DNA of 63,635 nucleotides from Candidatus Muiribacteriota bacterium. Its GTDB lineage: Bacteria > Muiribacteriota > DAOVTB01. How positions within the stretch are numbered: position 1 is the first letter of the stretch; every line of letters begins with the position of its first letter. The stretch spans positions 1-63,635 of the forward strand of contig DAOVTB010000003.1 of assembly GCA_030633305.1 (NCBI GenBank), read 5' to 3'. Position numbers and translations under genes: made by a program. The notes beneath the pieces are model-generated. The model was not told the DNA's origin. It searched no databases and worked only from the letters and a program-made list of their open reading frames with translations. Positions 57,742-63,635 of the stretch are shown piece by piece.

Positions 57742-57954
57742 TTATGCATATAGTAATTTACCTTTGGGCTGAGGAATTACACGATTTAACTCTTTAGCTG
57801 TTACAAGCCATTCCTCAATGATGATTTCAGCATTTTTCAATGCTTGTTGGTATGAATTTCCATCGGCCATACATCCAGAAAGCTCAGGAACTTCGGCGAT
57901 ATAAGAATCATCTTCATCACTCCAGTAGATAATAATTTCATACTTACTTTTCAT
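57742..57954 (-). CDS. hicB: HicB family antitoxin
   Basis: YEIIIYWSDEDDSYIAEVPELSGCMADGNSYQQALKNAEIIIEEWL is the short HicB pattern. Confidence 0.8.
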   Translation of the reverse strand: MKSKYEIIIYWSDEDDSYIAEVPELSGCMADGNSYQQALKNAEIIIEEWLVTAKELNRVIPQPKGKLLYA

Positions 57955-58211
57955 TATTTTTCCTCCAAATGCAAATGATATCTAATTATAATATTTCGAA
58001 CTTGACGAATTTGATATGCTTTTGCTTTTGAACCCTTAGGTTGGATATTTAATATTTCATTAATTCCGTTCATTGTGAATATGTGATGATCACCTTTAAT
58101 TCTTTCAGTAAATCCAAATGACAGCAAAAGTGAACATAATTCAGTAAAGCGTATATTGGAATCAGATAGACCATGAACGATTTTTTCATACAATTTTTCA
58201 AGTTTACCCAT
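57954..58211 (-). CDS. hicA: HicA family mRNA interferase toxin
   Basis: FTELCSLLLSFGFTERIKGDHHIFT...IQPKGSKAKAYQIRQVR resembles HicA; start set at the ATG at 58211; stop overlaps the hicB start by 1 nt. Confidence 0.65.
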   Translation of the reverse strand: MGKLEKLYEKIVHGLSDSNIRFTELCSLLLSFGFTERIKGDHHIFTMNGINEILNIQPKGSKAKAYQIRQVRNIIIRYHLHLEEK

Positions 58212-58315
58212 TAATTTATTATATTTTAAATATGTGATCATGTCAACGGCTCTTTTGTATGGAAAAACCATTATCAATCTGTTAAGATGAATTTAATAAC
58301 ATTATGGTGGAAATT

Positions 58316-59113
58316 ATGAAAGTACTTATAGTTAATGATGATGGAATATATTCACAGGGAATACGTGCACTTGTAGAAAATATTAAGGACTGTGAAATAC
58401 TTGTGGTTGCGCCGGAACACGAAAGAAGCGCTGTCAGTCATGCTATTACGATTAAACAGCCTATATTTTTTAAGAAAGTAAAAGACTGGTTCAAAAATCC
58501 TGGAATAGAGTCATATGCAATAACAGGAACTCCGGCTGATTGCGTGAAAACCGGTTTGAGTTATTTTTCAAAACCAGATGATATCGATATTGTTATATCT
58601 GGAATAAACCATGGACATAATATTGGAGTTGATATTCACTACAGTGGAACGGTATCTGCTGCTCTGGAAGCAACGTTTTCAAACAAATGTTCAATAGCAT
58701 TTTCTGGACATTACAGTTCAGAATATGAAGATTTTATGTATATGGCAAAATATGCAAATAAATTTATGCATGCTGTCGCAAAATGGAACAAGGAGTCTCC
58801 TTTGTCACAACCATATACAATAAATATTAATTTTCCGATTACTAAACCATATAAGGGTATAAAATATGGGGAAGTCAATAAATTGAATTATAGAGATTGT
58901 TTTGAAGAAAGGTTGACTCCGACTGGAAGTAAATACTTATGGCTTCAGGGTGAACTAAATAAAGTTCCTGACAGTGATGGCTTTGATCACAATGCTCTGG
59001 ATGAAGGCTTTATATGCTTCACCCTGATTACGCCATATTTTCATGCGGAACCGCATGATATAGGAAAGATTTCTTCTTTCCTGTCAACCTTGGAAGATAG
59101 TTTTTTTCAATAA
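58316..59113 (+). CDS. surE: 5'/3'-nucleotidase SurE
   Basis: VLIVNDDGIYSQGI, SGINHGHN, YSGTVSAALEA; ATG at 58316 after GGTGGA. Confidence 0.9.
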   Translation: MKVLIVNDDGIYSQGIRALVENIKDCEILVVAPEHERSAVSHAITIKQPIFFKKVKDWFKNPGIESYAITGTPADCVKTGLSYFSKPDDIDIVISGINHGHNIGVDIHYSGTVSAALEATFSNKCSIAFSGHYSSEYEDFMYMAKYANKFMHAVAKWNKESPLSQPYTININFPITKPYKGIKYGEVNKLNYRDCFEERLTPTGSKYLWLQGELNKVPDSDGFDHNALDEGFICFTLITPYFHAEPHDIGKISSFLSTLEDSFFQ

Positions 59114-59281
59114 TGATGAAATCAGGTGATCAATACTTATCAGATACGTTCCATCAACAATCATTTCTTTCAGGATCTCAATTTTTTCAGCATAGATTGA
59201 TGGTGCGTTTTTCACAAGTTCGATCAGCTGGCTGTCAATATTGTATTTTTGTGCTTTCTTTGATTCTAGAAATTTTTTCAT
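59084..59281 (-). CDS. small protein, possible FlgM-family anti-sigma-28 factor
   Basis: AGGAG 7 nt upstream of the ATG; C-terminal EKIEILKEMIVDGTYLISIDHLISSLL resembles the FlgM C-terminal helix pattern; functional call is weak. Confidence 0.35.
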   Translation of the reverse strand: MKKFLESKKAQKYNIDSQLIELVKNAPSIYAEKIEILKEMIVDGTYLISIDHLISSLLKKTIFQG

Positions 59282-59369
59282 CAGCGATCTCCTGTATTTG
59301 TTTCATGTTCCGGTTGACAACCTTATCGGAAAAAAGTTATGTAAATTTAGGGATGGAGGAAATTTATTA

Positions 59370-60845
59370 ATGAAAAAAAGAGCATGTATTTTTACTATTG
59401 TCATGTTATCGGTAATATTAACATTTTCAAGCGTCAACTGTGATAATGATATTAAAAGCAGGCGAAGTGAAGTTGCTGGAAGTTTTTATCCACTTCAAAA
59501 AAAGGTTCTTTTGAAGTCAGTTAATAATTTTTTAGACAGTGCAAAAATACTAAAAATTCATAGTGACAAAGTTCCAGGAATTATATTTTCCCCTCATGCT
59601 GGATATGTTTATAGTGGTGATACTGCTGCTCATGCATATGGACTTCTGAAAGGAAAAAAATATGATTTTGTAGTTGTAATTGGTCCATCTCACAGGCATA
59701 GATTTAAAGGTTTCAGTATTTTTGATGGAGATTATTATGACACTCCACTTGGGAAAGTTCCAATTGCAAAAAAAATGGTTACTAAACTTATGAAAGATAA
59801 TTCATTAGTTGTTTCAGAAGATAAATATGAAAAGGGAGAGCATAGCGTTGAAGTTCAAATTCCATTTTTACAGTCAGTGCTTGGAGAGTTTCGGCTGATT
59901 CCTGTGCTTGCCGGTGGATTATCTCTTGAAGATGCCAAATCATTTGCTGATTCATTATTCAAAATATTTCGTGAAAGAAAATGTTTGATAGTAATATCCA
60001 CTGATCTTTCTCATTTTCATGATCTTAATGCAACACGGATCATTGATGAAGAAACATTGAGACTTATTCAGGATATGGATACTAAGAAACTGGAAGTAAA
60101 TTTTATGACAGGTAAAAATGAAGCTTGTGGTTGTCAGGGCGTTCTGGTCGGTTTAGAATATGCTAAAATGTGGGGTTATGAAAAACCTGTACTGCTGAAA
60201 TATGATACGAGTGCTTCGGGTGGACGAAGAGATTCATCACGAGTAGTTGGTTATGCAGCAATGGCCAGTTTCAAGAAAGAATTTCTTACACTTTCTGAAA
60301 AGGATTATTTGTTAAAACTTGCAAGAAAAACTTTGATTAAATATGGAAAAGCAGAAAAAGTAAAAATCGAAGAACCGCCTTATCCGTCTTTAAAGGAATT
60401 TCGAGGCGCATTTGTTACATTGAAAATTAACGGTCGACTGCGTGGTTGTATAGGGCATATTGTTCCATCTTGTGAACTTTATAAAAGTGTTATTCAAAAT
60501 GCTTACAGTGCTTCATGCCGTGATCCACGATTTCCTGCTGTTAAGAAAGAAGAAATTGATAAGATAAAGATCGAAATCTCTGCACTTACTCCAATGAAAC
60601 CTGTTAAATATAAGGATATTAAAGTTGGAAGGGATGGTGTGCTTTTAAAATATGGATTTAGACGTGCTGTTTTTCTGCCGCAGGTACCTGTTGAATTAAA
60701 CTGGGATAAAAAGACTTACCTTGAACAGTTATGTCAAAAAGCAGGTTTACCATCAGATACTTATAAGAATAAAGGTACAGAACTATATTCTTTTCAGGCT
60801 GAAGTATTCCACGAAAAAGATAAGGTGAAAAAAAATGGAAAATAA
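59370..60845 (+). CDS. fused AmmeMemoRadiSam system protein B (Memo-like) and protein A (AMMECR1-like) with N-terminal signal-like peptide
   Basis: FSPHAGYVYSG and DLSHFH (Memo); GAFVTLKINGRLRGCIG and DPRFP (AMMECR1); ATG at 59370 after GGAGGA gives MKKRACIFTIVMLSVILTFSSVNC. Confidence 0.85.
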   Translation: MKKRACIFTIVMLSVILTFSSVNCDNDIKSRRSEVAGSFYPLQKKVLLKSVNNFLDSAKILKIHSDKVPGIIFSPHAGYVYSGDTAAHAYGLLKGKKYDFVVVIGPSHRHRFKGFSIFDGDYYDTPLGKVPIAKKMVTKLMKDNSLVVSEDKYEKGEHSVEVQIPFLQSVLGEFRLIPVLAGGLSLEDAKSFADSLFKIFRERKCLIVISTDLSHFHDLNATRIIDEETLRLIQDMDTKKLEVNFMTGKNEACGCQGVLVGLEYAKMWGYEKPVLLKYDTSASGGRRDSSRVVGYAAMASFKKEFLTLSEKDYLLKLARKTLIKYGKAEKVKIEEPPYPSLKEFRGAFVTLKINGRLRGCIGHIVPSCELYKSVIQNAYSASCRDPRFPAVKKEEIDKIKIEISALTPMKPVKYKDIKVGRDGVLLKYGFRRAVFLPQVPVELNWDKKTYLEQLCQKAGLPSDTYKNKGTELYSFQAEVFHEKDKVKKNGK

Positions 60846-63573
60846 TAAAACATTACCAAGACATTTACTAATTGATGGAAATTCTCTGGCATATAGAGCT
60901 TTTTATGCATTAATGAGACGTCCGCTTTTTAATTCAAAAGGTGTTAATACGACAATTGCTTTTGGATTTATCCGCATGTTGATTAAGGCAATTCAGGAAT
61001 TTCAGCCTACGAATCTTTGTATTATGTTTGATGTTTCTAGAAAGACATTTCGATCTGAGATATTTCCAGAATATAAGATGCAGCGAAAACCAACACCTAC
61101 TGATCTTCTGGAGCAATTACCTTTATTGAAAGATACTATAACAGAACTTGGTATAAAACAGATAGAAATGCCGGGTTTTGAAGCTGATGATATTATAGGA
61201 TCTTATTGTAAATTATTTGGAATTGATTCAGAAGTAATTGTTGTAACAGGAGATAAAGATCTTTTACAGCTTATCACTGAAAAAGTAGAAATCATAATCT
61301 GCAAAAAAGGATTAAGTGAGTTTAAAAGATATAATATGAATCTTTTTAAAGAAGAATACGGGGTGCTTGAGCCTGTAAATATTACTGATTTAAAAGGACT
61401 CATGGGAGATACTTCAGATAATATACCTGGAGTTAAAGGGATTGGCGAAAAAACCGCGATGAAGATACTTTCAAAATATATTACTATTGATGAATTGTAT
61501 AAAGATTTAACTGATGCACCTAAAAAGGAACTACTTGAAAAAGACAGGGATATGGCATTTTTAAGCCGTCAACTTGCGACTATTAAAATAGATCTTGAGA
61601 TAAATATTTCTGCTGAAGAAACTTTATTCAATATTATGGATTTTCAATCAAAGGGAAAAGTGTTTTCAGAGCTTGAATTCTATTCTATGATGGAGGAATT
61701 GAACATAACTCCGGAATCTAAAAATCTAGGTGAATATACACATAATATTATTGATAATGTCGATGAACTTATTTCAGTATTGAAAAAAAATAAATATGAG
61801 AAAAATATTTGTATAGATACTGAAACGCAAAGCGTTAATCCTTTTGACGCAGAATTACTTGGAATTGGCTTTGCTTTTAAACCAGAAGAAGTATTTTACA
61901 TTCATAAGTCAGTCAGTGAACCGGTACAAATGGATCTTTTTTCTACTCCAGTTAAAGAAACTGGAGATGATTGGGAAAAGATTGTTGAATATCTTCAGGA
62001 AGCTTGCAGAGATAAGTGTGTAATAGGACATAATATAAAATATGATCTGATGGTATTGGTAAAATATGGATTAAAACTTGATTCTATGGATATCAATGAC
62101 ACTATGATAGCTTCCTATCTTCTTTGGCCGGATAAACGCAGGCATTCACTTGATCGACTTGCCCTTGAAATGTTTTCTTTTGAAAAAATATCTTATAAAG
62201 ATCTCCTGAAAAGTACAGAAGGAAAAAAAGTGCATCAGGATCTTACCACAGTTGAAGTTAAAAAGGTTGCCAAATACTGTAGTGAAGATGTTTTCATAAC
62301 CTTCAATCTATATAATCAGTTTAGAAAGATGTTGAAGGATGAAGACCTGATGGAGCTTTATCAAGATATGGAGTTGAAGCTTATATTACCGATTATTGAG
62401 ATGGAAACGAATGGAATTAAGATCGATAAGGTATTTTTTAAACATCTTGAAAATGATTACCATGATATTCTTGAAGACCTAAAGCAAAAAGTATTTGAAA
62501 TTGCAGGTGAAGAATTTAATCTGGATTCGCCGAAACAACTTTCTGTAATTCTATTTGAAAAAATGAATATTCCGCCTGTTAAAAAAATAAAAACTGGTTA
62601 TTCTACTGATTCACATGTTCTTGAAGTGTTGAAAGCTGACCACGAGATTGCTGAACAGTTACTCAAATATCGGACCTATGCAAAATTAATTAATACTTAT
62701 ATCAAGCCTCTCCAGAAACTGGCTAATTCAACGACTGACCGAATACACACAAGTTTTAACCAGACAATTGCAGCGACAGGCAGATTATCTTCCAGTAATC
62801 CAAATCTTCAGAATATTCCTGTTCGTGATAATGAAGGGGCGATGATAAGGAAAGGATTTATAGCACCTCAAGAATTTAAACTGGTTTCGTTTGATTATTC
62901 CCAGATTGAATTGAGAATTTTTGCCCATCTTTCAAACAGTGAAGTTTTCATAGAGGCATTTAAAAATAATAAAGATATTCATTCACTTACAGCGGCAACG
63001 TTATTTGAAACGGAAAATGTTGAAAAATACATGAGAAGAATTGCTAAAACAGTTAATTTTGGAGTGCTATACGGGCAAACTCCGTTTGGCTTGGCAAGGG
63101 AACTTGGTATATCAATGTTCGACGCTAAGAATTTTATAGAAAGTTATATGGAAAAATATCCTGCTATTAGACAATATACAGAAAGTATGATCGAGTATGG
63201 AAAAGATAAGGGATATGTCAGAACTATAAGCGGTAGGAAAAGGATGGTTCCAGAGTTAACCAGTAAAAACGCAAATATCAGAAAACATGGTGAACGGGTT
63301 GCAGTCAACACTCCTGTGCAGGGAAGTGCTGCTGATATAATTAAAAATGCCATGATCAGAGTTTATGATTTTCTTAATGATCATCCTGAATACAAGACGC
63401 GGATGATACTTCAGGTCCATGATGAACTTATGTTTGAGATGCCATTGTCCAGTTGTGATGAGATTATTCCTAAAATACGAAGTATGATGGAAAATGTTGA
63501 TTACAGTCTTAATGTACCACTTAAAGTCGATGTAAAAGAAGGTCCAAACTGGAAAGAAATGACTGGAATCTAA
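60835..63573 (+). CDS. polA: DNA polymerase I
   Basis: 5'-3' exonuclease N-terminus, 3'-5' exo region, TGRLSSSNPNLQNIP, DYSQIELRI, QVHDEL. Confidence 0.95.
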   Translation: MENNKTLPRHLLIDGNSLAYRAFYALMRRPLFNSKGVNTTIAFGFIRMLIKAIQEFQPTNLCIMFDVSRKTFRSEIFPEYKMQRKPTPTDLLEQLPLLKDTITELGIKQIEMPGFEADDIIGSYCKLFGIDSEVIVVTGDKDLLQLITEKVEIIICKKGLSEFKRYNMNLFKEEYGVLEPVNITDLKGLMGDTSDNIPGVKGIGEKTAMKILSKYITIDELYKDLTDAPKKELLEKDRDMAFLSRQLATIKIDLEINISAEETLFNIMDFQSKGKVFSELEFYSMMEELNITPESKNLGEYTHNIIDNVDELISVLKKNKYEKNICIDTETQSVNPFDAELLGIGFAFKPEEVFYIHKSVSEPVQMDLFSTPVKETGDDWEKIVEYLQEACRDKCVIGHNIKYDLMVLVKYGLKLDSMDINDTMIASYLLWPDKRRHSLDRLALEMFSFEKISYKDLLKSTEGKKVHQDLTTVEVKKVAKYCSEDVFITFNLYNQFRKMLKDEDLMELYQDMELKLILPIIEMETNGIKIDKVFFKHLENDYHDILEDLKQKVFEIAGEEFNLDSPKQLSVILFEKMNIPPVKKIKTGYSTDSHVLEVLKADHEIAEQLLKYRTYAKLINTYIKPLQKLANSTTDRIHTSFNQTIAATGRLSSSNPNLQNIPVRDNEGAMIRKGFIAPQEFKLVSFDYSQIELRIFAHLSNSEVFIEAFKNNKDIHSLTAATLFETENVEKYMRRIAKTVNFGVLYGQTPFGLARELGISMFDAKNFIESYMEKYPAIRQYTESMIEYGKDKGYVRTISGRKRMVPELTSKNANIRKHGERVAVNTPVQGSAADIIKNAMIRVYDFLNDHPEYKTRMILQVHDELMFEMPLSSCDEIIPKIRSMMENVDYSLNVPLKVDVKEGPNWKEMTGI

Positions 63574-63585
63574 AAAACAAAAATT

Positions 63586-63609
63586 AACCACAGAGGGCAC
63601 GAAGAAAAA
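63586..63609 (+). repeat. CAC-word tract after the polA stop
   Basis: AACCACAGAGGGCACGAAGAAAAA. Confidence 0.6.
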
Positions 63610-63619
63610 TATTAATATC

Positions 63620-63635
63620 AAATACTAATATAGAT
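63620..63635 (+). repeat. family A element, leading 16-mer (cut by the window end)
   Basis: AAATACTAATATAGAT is identical to 32609-32624; the preceding ATTAAT-containing bases are also similar. Confidence 0.7.

Noticed and set aside
1-63635. CRISPR arrays, tRNA/rRNA genes, IS elements, prophage
   Set aside because: The repeats present are palindromic and irregularly dispersed, not short direct repeats with uniform unique spacers. I found no tRNA-like T-arm signatures in the spacers. No ORF resembles a transposase, integrase, Cas protein or phage structural protein. This rests on visual inspection only, so tRNAscan/Infernal and an IS search would be needed to confirm it.

Overview
This is a 63.6-kb AT-rich bacterial chromosomal segment. 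I cannot assign a lineage from the sequence. A CheX-like gene, a possible FlgM, a membrane pyrophosphatase, an Fe-S L-serine dehydratase and a rubrerythrin-like protein suggest a motile anaerobe from a poorly sampled group. I call about 58 densely packed protein genes. I saw no rRNA, tRNA, CRISPR array, transposase, integrase or phage genes. Housekeeping genes (polA, trpS, murI, pyrR, rlmN, hppA, add, sdaA, rarA, surE, nupC, the EF-P paralogue yeiP/efpL) are interleaved with accessory blocks. These blocks include a polysaccharide cluster (two GT2, a flippase-like protein, a methyltransferase), two type II toxin-antitoxin pairs (RHH-MazF, HicAB), tandem FecR-domain paralogues, a 1396-aa double-module transglutaminase-like protein, and many uncharacterised secreted or membrane proteins. 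Four things look most worth a second look. (1) A tight five-gene operon has three tandem PaaK-like adenylate-forming enzymes plus YigZ/IMPACT, without any of the usual PaaK partners. (2) A translationally coupled pair of membrane-associated P-loop GTPases (one polytopic, one with a DUF697-like tail) sits next to a MazF module. (3) A composite gene-end module (CAC-word tract, conserved 16-mer, then a 60-nt hairpin with strand-specific G-U pairs and a compensatory-variant copy) is found co-oriented downstream of four unrelated genes. (4) Two further families of long palindromic intergenic repeats have conserved arms and variable but always self-complementary cores, and one of them supplies the stop codon of a gene. 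All functional calls come from motif recognition by eye on the supplied translations. No database search, folding or statistics were run.
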